A DNA stretch of 64,000 nt from Campylobacter sp. (GCA_022775765.1 JALFKC010000055.1:3051-67050); one strand, 5' to 3'; positions 31,869 through 41,861 are shown, counted from the first letter of the stretch. Numbers and translations are program-made. The notes: generated by a model from the letters alone, not told the origin.

Positions 31869-32081
31869 ATGCCTGGTATTAAGGTACATCCAAATGAGTC
31901 TTTTGATGAGGCTTATAGAAAGTTTAAAAAACAAACCGATAGAAACCTTATCGTAACAGAAGCAAGAGCTAGAAGATTTTTTGAGCCAAATACTGAGATT
32001 AGAAAAAAACGCAAAATTTCAGCACGCAAAAAAATGCTTAAAAGACTCTATATGCTTAGACGCTATGAGTCAAGACTCTAA
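31869..32081 (+). CDS. rpsU: 30S ribosomal protein S21
   Basis: [22 protein letters not shown]...RYESRL; true start is ATG 31869, not the ORF-track start at 31824. Confidence 0.97.
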   Translation: MPGIKVHPNESFDEAYRKFKKQTDRNLIVTEARARRFFEPNTEIRKKRKISARKKMLKRLYMLRRYESRL

Positions 32082-32091
32082 CAACTATAAG

Positions 32092-32118
32092 CTAACTAAC
32101 AGAAAATCTGTTAGTTAG
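32092..32118 (+). terminator. Hairpin after rpsU
   Basis: CTAACTAACAGA-aaa-TCTGTTAGTTAG (12-bp stem). Confidence 0.65.
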
Positions 32119-32183
32119 TGATTTTACCTAGAATTTATCATAATTTTGCCATAATAACTAACAAAAATTAGGAGGTTAGTTAT

Positions 32184-32804
32184 ATGCGTAAGCTAACAAT
32201 TGCTGACGCTGCGGTGTTTTTTGGAATAACAAAAGAAGCTGTTTATAACAGAATTAGACGCAAAGCACTAAAAAGCGTTGATGAAAATGGTTTTAGATAT
32301 GTTATCATAGATGACGACAAAGAAAAGAATTCCCAAAAATCCACAAAACAAACCTCAAATTTATCCCACGCTAACCCACAAAAGATTTCAAAAAATAGTA
32401 GCGAGTTTATAAACTATCTCATAAAAGAGATCGATGAATTAAAAACAAAAAATCAAATTTTGCAAGATAGCAAAGATGAGCTTCACAGACAAAAAGAGGA
32501 GCTTTTAATAAGCACAAAAGAAGAGATCAAAAACTTATACGAAACAAGAGATCAAAAACTTCAGTATTTCTTAGAGGCGATATCTCGCCCTATCAAGCAG
32601 ATTGATTATGTAGAACCAGATGAGAAAAGGACAAACTGGATAAGTTTTTGGAAATTTCTGAATAAATTTAAAGGCAATAAAAAATATAGAAAAGCTGTTA
32701 AAAAATTTTTGATAAAAAACATAGATAATAACCCACAAATTAGATCAATTAATGGTGAGTTTTTTGTGGATGAAAATATTGACTTATCACGCTTAAAGGA
32801 TTAA
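32184..32804 (+). CDS. HTH DNA-binding protein with coiled coil
   Basis: N-terminal HTH (TIADAAVFFGITKEAVYNRIRR), central heptad-rich segment; AGGAGG RBS. Confidence 0.75.
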   Translation: MRKLTIADAAVFFGITKEAVYNRIRRKALKSVDENGFRYVIIDDDKEKNSQKSTKQTSNLSHANPQKISKNSSEFINYLIKEIDELKTKNQILQDSKDELHRQKEELLISTKEEIKNLYETRDQKLQYFLEAISRPIKQIDYVEPDEKRTNWISFWKFLNKFKGNKKYRKAVKKFLIKNIDNNPQIRSINGEFFVDENIDLSRLKD

Positions 32805-32805
32805 A

Positions 32806-33411
32806 ATGAAAAAATACATTAACAAATTTAAAAAAATAGCCACTTACAGCTTAGCTGGAGGCTTTGGGCTAGTTTTGGCAGGAAGTTTAGCAGGTTGTGG
32901 AAACAACAACTCAAATGATACTCAAATGACGCAAAACGCTATGCAAGGGGCATTTGTCAAGATCGAAGAGACAAGCCCTGGGGTTTATAAGGTGCTTGAA
33001 GAGGTTCCTAGCGAAACTACAACTGTTATTTTAAAAGATATCAATGGAACTGAGAGAATTCTCTCTGATGCTGAGATAGATGAGTTACTCAAAAAAGAGA
33101 ATGAGAAAATAGACAATGGCACTTCAAATTTAACCAATGAGGCAAGGATGAGTAGTGGCGGGCTTAGTCTAGGTGAGGCAATACTAGCGAGTGCGGCTGG
33201 GGCTTTGCTTGGTAGCTGGATAGGAAGCAAGCTTTTTAACAATCAAGCTTTTAACTCTCAAAGACAAAACGCCTACAAAAACCCTAGTGCATACTCAAGA
33301 AGTGTAAATAGTTTTAATCAAGCCAAACAAGGTGCCACAACCAAAAAAACAAGCAGCGGTAGAAGCGGATTTTTTGGTGGCGGATCAAAATCAAGTAGCG
33401 TTGGTGGATGA
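32806..33411 (+). CDS. UPF0323-family lipoprotein
   Basis: Lipobox LAGC; G/S-rich C-terminus (SSGRSGFFGGGSKSSSVGG); synteny with the downstream ATP-grasp gene. Confidence 0.85.
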   Translation: MKKYINKFKKIATYSLAGGFGLVLAGSLAGCGNNNSNDTQMTQNAMQGAFVKIEETSPGVYKVLEEVPSETTTVILKDINGTERILSDAEIDELLKKENEKIDNGTSNLTNEARMSSGGLSLGEAILASAAGALLGSWIGSKLFNNQAFNSQRQNAYKNPSAYSRSVNSFNQAKQGATTKKTSSGRSGFFGGGSKSSSVGG

Positions 33412-33428
33412 GATTAAAAAGGAAAACA

Positions 33429-34604
33429 ATGAAACTATTAAATTTACAACCCCTAAAAAAAGACTACCTTGAAAGTATAGGATTTACTTGGCACACTGAT
33501 GAGGATTTAAGTCCATATGTTAGTTCTGACGTGGTAGTTGTTAGCAAAGATGAGGCTGAGGCGTATTACAGGGCAGCAAATGAGCTATACGATATGTTTG
33601 TTGAAGCAGCTCAGTATGTGATAGATAATGAGCTATTTTACGAGATTGGCATACCGTTTAATCTAGTAGAAATCATCAAAGATAGCTGGGAAAATGATGT
33701 GCATTGGCACCTTTATGGGCGTTTTGATTTTGCTGGCGGGACCAGCGGTAAGCCTATAAAACTACTTGAGTTTAACGCCGATACACCAACCTCTCTTTTT
33801 GAAACCTCAGTAATTCAGTGGTGTTTGCTCAAACAAAATGGACTTGATGAGAGTTCGCAATTTAACGATGTTTATGAGGCTTTAGTGTTAAATTTTAAAA
33901 GACTAGTAACTCTTAGCGATGATACTGATAAATTTGATGAAATTTATGATGGCTGGAAAATTTTGTTTTGTTCGGTAGCTGGCAATGAAGAAGATGAGAT
34001 AACTACTAGATTTTTGCAAACTGCGGCTGATGAAGCGGGCTTTGTGACTGAGTTTGCGTATATTGATGAGGTTGAGTTTAGCGACAATGATGGGATATTT
34101 TTTAATGGTGAAAACTATGAGTTTTTGTTTAAACTTGTGCCGTGGGAAAATATCGCAATTGACGAAAATGAACTCGCTTCAATTCTAAAAAATATCATCA
34201 AAAATCGCAAAGCTATCATACTAAATCCAGCTTATACTCTACTTTTCCAAAGCAAGGGTATAATGAAAATTTTGTGGGATTTATATCCAAATCATCCGCT
34301 TTTGCTTGAGAGCAGTTTTGAGCCATTAGCAAATAAAAAGCAGGTTAAAAAGCCATTTTTAGCCAGAGAAGGTGCAAATGTAACAATCCAAGATGAAAAC
34401 GGCAAAATTATAAAAAAAACAGGTGGCGAGTATGAAAATAGCAAATTTTTATACCAAGAATACACCGAACTTGACACTGATGAAAATGGTGATAGCTATC
34501 AAGCTGGAGTGTTTTTTGCATATGAAGGGTGTGCGTTAGGTTATAGAAAAGGTGGTAAAATTTTGGATAATTATGCTAAATTTGTAAGTCATATTATAAA
34601 ATAA
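33429..34604 (+). CDS. Glutathionylspermidine synthase-family ATP-grasp protein
   Basis: YGRFD, LLEFNADTPTSLFE, KLVPWE, QSKG, VKKP, REGANV. Confidence 0.92.
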   Translation: MKLLNLQPLKKDYLESIGFTWHTDEDLSPYVSSDVVVVSKDEAEAYYRAANELYDMFVEAAQYVIDNELFYEIGIPFNLVEIIKDSWENDVHWHLYGRFDFAGGTSGKPIKLLEFNADTPTSLFETSVIQWCLLKQNGLDESSQFNDVYEALVLNFKRLVTLSDDTDKFDEIYDGWKILFCSVAGNEEDEITTRFLQTAADEAGFVTEFAYIDEVEFSDNDGIFFNGENYEFLFKLVPWENIAIDENELASILKNIIKNRKAIILNPAYTLLFQSKGIMKILWDLYPNHPLLLESSFEPLANKKQVKKPFLAREGANVTIQDENGKIIKKTGGEYENSKFLYQEYTELDTDENGDSYQAGVFFAYEGCALGYRKGGKILDNYAKFVSHIIK

Positions 34605-34613
34605 GGAGAAGCT

Positions 34614-35540
34614 ATGAAGTTAGTATTTTTAGATGCTGGGACTTTAGGCAATGATATCAGCCTTGATATTTTCAAAGAGTTTGGTGAGTTTATCGCCTAT
34701 GAGGAAACCAGGCAAGATGAGGTCATACAAAGGCTAAAAGACGCAGATGTGGCTATGACAAACAAAGTCCTTATAACCAAAGAGATTATTGCTAACACTA
34801 ACATAAAACTAATTTGTGTTAGTGCTACAGGAACTAACAATATTGATATGCAAGCTGCCAAAGAAGCGGGTATTCCGGTTAAAAATGTAGCTGGATATTC
34901 TACTAACAGTGTTAGTGAGCAAACCTTTGCAAATCTGTTTGCACTTAAAAGACAGATAGAGTTTTGCAACGAATTTTGTCAAAGTGGTAACTGGAAAAAG
35001 CTTGATATCTTGCAAAAAATTCCTAGATCAATTACCGAAATTTATGGCAAAAAATTTGGCATAATCGGACTTGGCGATATAGGACGCAATGTTGCCAAAA
35101 TAGCCACTGCGTTTGGTTGTGAAGTGGTGTATTATTCAACAAGTGGCAAGAATAGCAATAATGACTATCAAAGAGTTAGCCTTGAAGAACTGCTTAAAAC
35201 TTGCGACATTATCTCAGTGCACGCCCCACTTAATGAAAATACCAAAAATTTAATCGCAAAAGAGCAAATTTTGCTTTTAAAAGATGGTGTTTATTTGATG
35301 AACTTTGGCCGTGGCGGAATTATTAATGAAGAAGATATCGCAAAAGCTATCGACGAAAGAGAGATATATTTTACCACTGATGTGCTAGAAACCGAGCCGA
35401 TGAAGCCAAATCATCCGTTTTTGAGTATCAAAAATAAGCACAATATTCTTATCACACCGCACACTGCGTGGGGAAGTATTGAAGCTAGAAAAGAGCTTTT
35501 AAAGCAGATGGTAAAAAATATTAGAGACACTTTGCTTTAA
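34614..35540 (+). CDS. D-2-hydroxyacid dehydrogenase
   Basis: ATGTNNID, GIIGLGDIG, HAPLN, NFGRGG, DVLETEP, TPHTAW. Confidence 0.93.
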   Translation: MKLVFLDAGTLGNDISLDIFKEFGEFIAYEETRQDEVIQRLKDADVAMTNKVLITKEIIANTNIKLICVSATGTNNIDMQAAKEAGIPVKNVAGYSTNSVSEQTFANLFALKRQIEFCNEFCQSGNWKKLDILQKIPRSITEIYGKKFGIIGLGDIGRNVAKIATAFGCEVVYYSTSGKNSNNDYQRVSLEELLKTCDIISVHAPLNENTKNLIAKEQILLLKDGVYLMNFGRGGIINEEDIAKAIDEREIYFTTDVLETEPMKPNHPFLSIKNKHNILITPHTAWGSIEARKELLKQMVKNIRDTLL

Positions 35541-35641
35541 TAAAAATAAAGCTAAAGATTTAATTTTAAATTTTTAGCTTTAAACTAAATTTTATCTTTT
35601 TTGTGCTAGAGTTACAGATATAATTTAAAGGTAAGGCAAGA

Positions 35642-36988
35642 ATGCTTTTTAATAATATAGTTCAAAATTTCACTACCAATTATGCTGGCAAAATTATGCA
35701 AAGGTCCTTAGAAAGGGCTTTTGAAGTTGATATTTTAAGTAGCGAACTCAAAAAAATCCCAAATCCTAACAAAAAATATATGTTATACGCACATGTGCCT
35801 TTTTGCCATACATTTTGTCCGTATTGTTCCTTTCACAAATACGCATATGACGAGGATTTATGCAAAGAGTATTTTGTAAATTTAAGGAAAGAGTTGCTTA
35901 TGATGAAAGAAGCTGGCTATGAATTTGACTCTATGTATGTGGGCGGTGGAACGACTCTTATAGATGAATATGAGCTTTTAAAAACCTTAGAACTTGCCAA
36001 AAAAACCTTTAATATTGCTCAAATTTCTTGTGAGACAGACCCAAATCATATTGAGCCAAAAAAACTTAGTATGTTTAAAGGGGTGATTGATAGATTAAGC
36101 GTTGGGGTGCAAAGCTTTGATAATGACATTTTAAAAAAAGTAGCTCGCTACACTAAATTTGGCGATAAAAATACTCTCATAGAAAAGCTTTCAAAAGCTA
36201 TCGATATCTTGCCGATTTTGAGCTTAGATTTGATTTTTAACTTTCCATTTCAAACCAAAGAGGCTTTGATTGATGATATCAAAACAGCCAAAATGCTAAA
36301 TCCACAGCAAATCACTCTCTATCCCTTGATGAAATCAAATATCACCAAAGAGGCAATCGCAAAAACTTTGGGCGTGAGTTCTGTGGATAATGAAAAAGAG
36401 TTTTATAGGGTGATTTTGGATGAGTTTAAAGATTATCACCAAAATAATGCGTGGTCGTTTAGCAAAAAGCTCTCAAATTTAAAAGATGAATATGTCGGTC
36501 AAAATCACGAATATGTGGGTATTGGAAGTGGTGCGTTTAGCTTTTTGGATGGGCGACTTTTGATAAATGCGTTTAATCTCAAAGCCTACTCAAATTTTAT
36601 CCAAAAATCCCAAAGCCCTGTTATTGCAAAGTGTGATTTTAGCAAAAATGATAGAATAAAGTATATATTTTTAACCGAGCTTTTTGATGGCGATATCGAT
36701 ATAGACGAGTTTAATCTCACCCACTCTTGTGATTTGAAAAAAGATCTTTTTGCTGAACTTTGGCTCTTAAAACTCGCAAATGCCTTAAGCGTAGATGATG
36801 GCGTGATAAAGCTTAATGATCTTGGTCGCTATATCTGCGTGATACTGATGAAAGAGTTTTATATCGGTATGGATAGGGTTAGAGCAACTTTTAGAGATGA
36901 TACAAAAATCAAATCGGCCAAAAAGCTTAAAATAATTGAAAAAGAGAAAAATTTACACAAAAAGAGAGAATTGGGGCATAGTGATTAA
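35642..36988 (+). CDS. mqnK: HemN-like radical SAM protein, probably the menaquinone C8-methyltransferase (MqnK/MenK type)
   Basis: YAHVPFCHTFCPYCSF, YVGGGT, RLSVGVQSF and QITLYPLM. Confidence 0.7.
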   Translation: MLFNNIVQNFTTNYAGKIMQRSLERAFEVDILSSELKKIPNPNKKYMLYAHVPFCHTFCPYCSFHKYAYDEDLCKEYFVNLRKELLMMKEAGYEFDSMYVGGGTTLIDEYELLKTLELAKKTFNIAQISCETDPNHIEPKKLSMFKGVIDRLSVGVQSFDNDILKKVARYTKFGDKNTLIEKLSKAIDILPILSLDLIFNFPFQTKEALIDDIKTAKMLNPQQITLYPLMKSNITKEAIAKTLGVSSVDNEKEFYRVILDEFKDYHQNNAWSFSKKLSNLKDEYVGQNHEYVGIGSGAFSFLDGRLLINAFNLKAYSNFIQKSQSPVIAKCDFSKNDRIKYIFLTELFDGDIDIDEFNLTHSCDLKKDLFAELWLLKLANALSVDDGVIKLNDLGRYICVILMKEFYIGMDRVRATFRDDTKIKSAKKLKIIEKEKNLHKKRELGHSD

Positions 36989-37455
36989 AACAGTTGTTTA
37001 TCAATCAAATTTGCTAATTTATAGTTTTGTTTGATGAAAAACAGACTGATTTTACAAATTTGCAGACAATCTATATTTATAGCATTGAGTTTTGTTAATA
37101 AAGATATCTAATTAATCATTGGAATAAACGACACAATAGATATTATGTTAAATTTCCTAATCAACATAAGCCTAGAAATTTCTCATCTTATTTTAACAAA
37201 ATTATTCTTATAGTTTTTGCTCTAAGTGCTTTTTGAGTAGTCAGCTTTTAAGTGTTGTATATTTTATCTCATCGCTAGATTTTAAAGAATTTAAGTTATT
37301 TTGAAGCTAATTTTACTCTGTGTTAAGAGTGTAAAATTAGGCAGAATAATCAAAATTGCTAGATAATTAAAAATTAAGTCACTATCAATAATTCATAAAT
37401 TTGCTTTAATTAACCAAGTCAGATTCACGCATATTTACAGCATAAATTTAACAAT

Positions 37456-37481
37456 TTGCAGGAATCTACAAATTCCTGCAA
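37456..37481. terminator. Hairpin at the nitroreductase 3' end
   Basis: TTGCAGGAAT-ctacaa-ATTCCTGCAA. Confidence 0.65.
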
Positions 37482-37487
37482 TAAAAT

Positions 37488-38102
37488 TTACTTTTTATAT
37501 AATAGAATCTCATCAAGCCCCAGCCTTAGTTTTGGCTTTGATGGTGCGTCGCTGTAGCCAAGGGCAACAACCAAGCAAGGCCTAAATTTATCATCAAGAC
37601 TTATAAAATCTTTGAGTTTTTCATAGTTAAAACCACCGATAATGCAACTTTTGACATCATTTGCAAATGCGATATTGACTAAATTTGCAGTTGCTAGGTA
37701 GCACTGCATATTCGTGTATGCAGCCATCTCTTTATCACTCATAGCGTCAGTTTTGTGCCCTACTCTTTGCAAAAACGACTCAGCCATCTGTTCGCCTTTG
37801 TTTTTGGCAAATATCACATGCCTTAAAAACTCATCACCGCTTCTTAAATCGTCCCTTGCTATCACTACAATTGCCACACTGCAATTTGCAACGTGTGACT
37901 GATTGTAGCAGATTTCACCAAGCTCTTTTAAAAACTCACCTCTAACTATCATAAATTTCCACGGCTCAAGTCCCAGTGAGCTAGGGCTTAGCCTAGTTTG
38001 ATCTATAATATCTCTTAAAAGCTCGTCGCTTATCTCTTTGCTGTTAAATTCTCTACACGAATATCTGCTATTCATAATGTGTTTTATAACTTCACTTTTC
38101 AT
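37488..38102 (-). CDS. Nitroreductase-family NAD(P)H oxidoreductase
   Basis: RYSCREF, LSPSSLGLEPWKF, SCIIGGF, ALGY. Confidence 0.9.
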   Translation of the reverse strand: MKSEVIKHIMNSRYSCREFNSKEISDELLRDIIDQTRLSPSSLGLEPWKFMIVRGEFLKELGEICYNQSHVANCSVAIVVIARDDLRSGDEFLRHVIFAKNKGEQMAESFLQRVGHKTDAMSDKEMAAYTNMQCYLATANLVNIAFANDVKSCIIGGFNYEKLKDFISLDDKFRPCLVVALGYSDAPSKPKLRLGLDEILLYKK

Positions 38103-38112
38103 CTTTTCTCCT

Positions 38113-38952
38113 TTATATCATATCTCTTAGAAGCTTTATTTCGCTTTTCCAAATTTCAGAGTCTATAGTCTCTAGGATGAGTGGAATTTCATCGATATTT
38201 TCATCCTTCATTATGTTTTCAAATGCACTCAAACCAAGGGTTCCTTTGCCGATGCTTTCGTGTCTATCTTTTCTAATTCCAAGCTCATTTTTAGAGTCGT
38301 TTAGATGCATTCCGCTTAAAAAATTATACCCAATGATTTTATCAAACTCACCCATAGTTTTAGCATAAGCACTTTTATCTCTTATATCATATCCGCCTGC
38401 GAAAAAATGGCAAGTATCTATGCAAACGCCTATCCTGTTTTTATCCACACAATGCTCTATCAAATACGCTAAATGCGACAAAACATAGCCTAAATTTGAG
38501 CCTTGACCGGCTGTATTTTCTATAACAAGCTTGAGCGAGCTTGTATTTAAAATCAGCTCATTTATACTCTCAGATATATTTTTTAAGCACTCCTCTTCGC
38601 TAATTTTTCTAAGGTGAGAGCCTGGGTGAAAGTTAATAAGCTTAAGGCCCAAAATTTCGCACCGCTCTATCTCATCTCTAAACGCTGCAATGCTTTTTTG
38701 ACGAGCGGCGATATCTGGGTGACCTAAATTTATAAGATAGCTATTGTGAACCAAAATATGCTCTTTTTTGATATTAGCAAGCTTTAAATTCTCATCAAAT
38801 TCACTGATATCTTTTTGAGTAAGAGGCTTAGCACTCCATTGGCGTTGGTTTTTGACAAATACACCAAAAGCGTCCGCTTCTATCGCAAGTGCGTTGAGTG
38901 GGGCATTTGCGATCCCACCACTTGCACTAACATGAGCACCTATTCTTTTCAA
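38113..38952 (-). CDS. nfo: Endonuclease IV
   Basis: GAHVSASGG, HPGSH, ENTAGQG, CIDTCH, HLNDSK, DRHESIG, LET. Confidence 0.96.
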   Translation of the reverse strand: MKRIGAHVSASGGIANAPLNALAIEADAFGVFVKNQRQWSAKPLTQKDISEFDENLKLANIKKEHILVHNSYLINLGHPDIAARQKSIAAFRDEIERCEILGLKLINFHPGSHLRKISEEECLKNISESINELILNTSSLKLVIENTAGQGSNLGYVLSHLAYLIEHCVDKNRIGVCIDTCHFFAGGYDIRDKSAYAKTMGEFDKIIGYNFLSGMHLNDSKNELGIRKDRHESIGKGTLGLSAFENIMKDENIDEIPLILETIDSEIWKSEIKLLRDMI

Positions 38953-39410
38953 TTTATTTCCTTGTAATTTATTTTAATGTTAAATTTTGCGTCTTTAAAG
39001 CTAACTTCATCGTTGCAAACGCTATATTTTATATCATCACTTATAATTTGAGTAAAACCGCAATCTGATTTTTGTAAATTTCTGCCATCATAGATAGGCT
39101 TTGCACTCAAAATTTCACCCAAAAATCCCCTATAATGCTCTCTTTTGAAAAACTTAGAGTTAAAAACCATCTCATCATCGCACGCCCCATTCATACAGAC
39201 CTTTTCTTTTAGATATAGATTTAAAACGCTAACTCCACTGCTATAAATCTGCAAATTTATCTCATTTTTGTATCTATGCAAAAAGCCCATATCGCTAATC
39301 TTAACCATTGGCGAGATGATTGTAAATTTAAGTCCAGTGGAGCTTTGTGGCGTTTTTTGAACGCACCCTGCAAATAAAATCGCAAAAACAACGATGAATA
39401 TCTTTTTCAA
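38949..39410 (-). CDS. Conserved hypothetical lipoprotein
   Basis: Signal peptide with FAGC lipobox; overlaps the nfo start. Confidence 0.75.
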   Translation of the reverse strand: MKKIFIVVFAILFAGCVQKTPQSSTGLKFTIISPMVKISDMGFLHRYKNEINLQIYSSGVSVLNLYLKEKVCMNGACDDEMVFNSKFFKREHYRGFLGEILSAKPIYDGRNLQKSDCGFTQIISDDIKYSVCNDEVSFKDAKFNIKINYKEIN

Positions 39411-39475
39411 ATTTTTCCTTTTTAAGTTTATTTTAATACATATTTTTGTATAATCTCAACTTCAATCCCAAAAAT

Positions 39476-39550
39476 GGCCCCTTCGTCTAACGGTTAGGAC
39501 ATCGCCCTTTCACGGCGGTAACACGAGTTCGAATCTCGTAGGGGTCACCA
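39476..39550 (+). tRNA. tRNA-Glu (TTC)
   Basis: Cloverleaf GGCCCCT...AGGGGTC-A-CCA, anticodon TTC at 39509-39511, TTCGAAT T-loop; TATAAT at 39449-39454. Confidence 0.97.
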
Positions 39551-39744
39551 AAATTATATAAAGTGATACATACCTGTTATTTTAGCGACTTCTAATTAAA
39601 TACTTTGTTAAATATAGCTTAAAAATAATAAATAACACACTTGTTACTAGGGGGTAATTTTAACAAAATCCCACAAGTCTCAAATTTCCTTTGTTTTAAA
39701 AAAATTGTACGGCATACTTTTAAAAATTGTAAAAAAGGTATGTT

Positions 39745-39903
39745 ATGACAGACTTAGAAACTAGAGCAAACTTAGTAAATTTGCTGTGTGATGGGGGGCT
39801 TGAAAACCCCACAGAAAGTCCAAAATGGCGACTTCTAAAAGACTATGACGAAAAGATTACGCTAATGCACTTGATAAAACCAAACAAAAGCGTATTGCTC
39901 TAG
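39745..39903 (+). pseudogene. Short gene remnant, weakly resembling the N-terminus of a type I R-M HsdM
   Basis: MTDLETRANLVNLLCDGGLENPTES...; resemblance to the GGLxNP motif only. Confidence 0.2.
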
Positions 39904-40153
39904 GCAGTGGCTTGCTAGGTTAATTGAAAAATCTTATTGAGATTTTTAAGGACAAACAGAGTAAAATTTGGCTCTAAAACAGAAAAATAAAGAATTTTTT
40001 AAAATTGGTAAATTATTGCATATTTTTATCCAGTGTTTGCATAATTTAATTATGGGTGAGATTTTGACATAAAATTATGCTGTGATTAATTTATTTTTTA
40101 ATTTGAAGATATACTTTAGAATTTCTTTTATTACCTTTTTAAACTTATCGTCG

Positions 40154-40451
40154 TTAAACTCGCTCATCAAGCCTCCAATCTTCGTCAAATTCCCTGCCAA
40201 TATATGGACATTTCACACCGCACCCCATCGAAATCGCAATATCATAGGGTTCTTTTAGAAGTTTTGGCTTATTTGCACTTATATCGATGCTATACATCTT
40301 AAAAACAAGTCGCACAGCGGTTTGGTTGGTAGATCTTAGTTTGTTTACAGCTGAAAAGTTCTCAAATCCTTTGCAAAAATGTTTCGCCAAACTCTAGGCA
40401 ATTTGGCTTCTGCACGAATTGTGTGTGCAGATAAATAGGGATTTTTTTCAT
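40154..40451 (-). pseudogene. arsC: Arsenate reductase (LMW-PTP type) pseudogene
   Basis: MKK then frameshift to LFICTHNSCRSQIA* (CX5R motif, then a stop); ISMGCGVKCP downstream. Confidence 0.85.
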
Positions 40452-41435
40452 CAAATTCCTTTGAAATTTTGCTTTTTTGCGTTTAAGATTGCGACCAAAC
40501 ATAGCATTACAGGCACTTCTACTAAAACTCCAAAGCACAGCGGGGCTGTTCGCACCAAAAAGCAAAATTGCCACAGCAAGGGCTAATTCAAAGAAATTTG
40601 AAGCACCAATAAGCGTGGCAAGGGCGGCAATTTCAAATGGAAGTTTGATGATTTTTGCACCAAAATAGGCAATAAAAAATATCAAAAATGTCTGCAAAAT
40701 CAGTGGCACCGCAATTAATGGGGTATGCAAAGGGCTTGAGATGATACTTCCTACCTGAGTTGCAAAGATTAAAATCAAATGTAGCCCGGCTGTGGTAATT
40801 TCGTCAAATTTATGCAAAAATTCGCCCTGAAAATACTTCGTGCCACGCGTCTTTTTATCACAAAAATTCTAGTCATTATCCCAGCGATTAATGGAGCAAA
40901 ACGAATAAAATCGCACATAAAAATAGCGTATCGTAGGGAACTTTCATTTGAGACGCCAAGCAAAAAGCCTACGATTGGCACAAACAGAACTAAAATTATG
41001 ATATTATTTGTCGCCACCTGAATGACAGCGGGTTTCTTTTTGTGAGGGCACTCCACACAAAAACCATCGCCGTGCAACGCCCAGCAAAACCGCACCGCTT
41101 AGATATCTGCTTGCCAAATCCGCGTCCAAAAATCCATCGAAAATTATGCGAAAAAACAGCCACGCAATCAAAAACATCGTAAAAGGGCAAAATCCGCCAA
41201 TTTACAATCCAAGTTAAGATGCAAGGGGTTTTTGATGGCATTTTTGAGTGTTAAAAAATCAACCTTAATCATCATAGGATAGATCATCACCCACATCAAA
41301 ACCGCCATTATAAAGAGATATTTGAGATTTCAAAACTGCTTAAAAGCGCGTTTATATTTGGAAAAGTTTTGCCAACCATTACGCCAAAAATCATAATCAC
41401 CCCAAACGCTTAGATATTTTTTTGAAAAATTTCAT
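40448..41435 (-). pseudogene. acr3: ACR3-family arsenite efflux transporter pseudogene
   Basis: Fragments MKFFKKYLSVW, MIYPMMIKVDF, VATNNIIILVLFVPI, APLIAG, PLILQTFLIF, LIGASNFFELALAVAILLFG in different frames. Confidence 0.85.
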
Positions 41436-41497
41436 TTTTATCCTTTTAGCATAGAACTATTTCTATCTATTATTTTATGACAAATGCAGTTTTCTTT

Positions 41498-41773
41498 TTA
41501 CTCAAAAATCACTCTTAAAACTAAAAGTAAATTTTGCAGATTTGCTCTGTATAGACTGTAATAGATATTTTTGCCATCTTTTTTAGCGGTGATAATTCCA
41601 GCGTTGATTAATTGCTTCATATCGTGCGAAAGTGTGGGTTGTGTGATATCAAAGCCTTTTAAAATTTTACACACACAAACCTTGCCACACGATAACATAT
41701 CAATGATTTGAAGCCTTTTTGGATCACCTAAAATCTTTAAAACTTGTGCTGTATTTTCATAAAAATTTTGCAT
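41498..41773 (-). CDS. arsR: ArsR/SmtB-family repressor
   Basis: LGDPKRLQII, CVC metal-binding motif, TQPTLSHDMKQL; directly upstream of acr3. Confidence 0.88.
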   Translation of the reverse strand: MQNFYENTAQVLKILGDPKRLQIIDMLSCGKVCVCKILKGFDITQPTLSHDMKQLINAGIITAKKDGKNIYYSLYRANLQNLLLVLRVIFE

Positions 41774-41861
41774 TTTTTCTCCTTATTAAAGTACAAAATT
41801 ATGGCAGATAAATAGAAAAACTTCAATATATAATATAAAATTATATTCTTAAGGCTAAATT

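Noticed and set aside
35642-36988. Annotation as true oxygen-independent coproporphyrinogen III oxidase (hemN)
   Set aside because: The QITLYPLM motif and overall pattern fit the MqnK/MenK subfamily better; left as probable pending phylogeny.
8221-38449. DnaA-box matches (TGTGGATAA 8221-8229 and 36382-36390; TTATCCACA 38441-38449)
   Set aside because: Isolated, inside CDSs and not clustered; no dnaA or DUE nearby, so oriC itself is not called.
39793-39803. G6 run as a phase-variation tract
   Set aside because: Too short compared with typical Campylobacter G8-G11 contingency tracts, and it lies in a remnant. No long poly-G tracts were seen in the glycan genes either.
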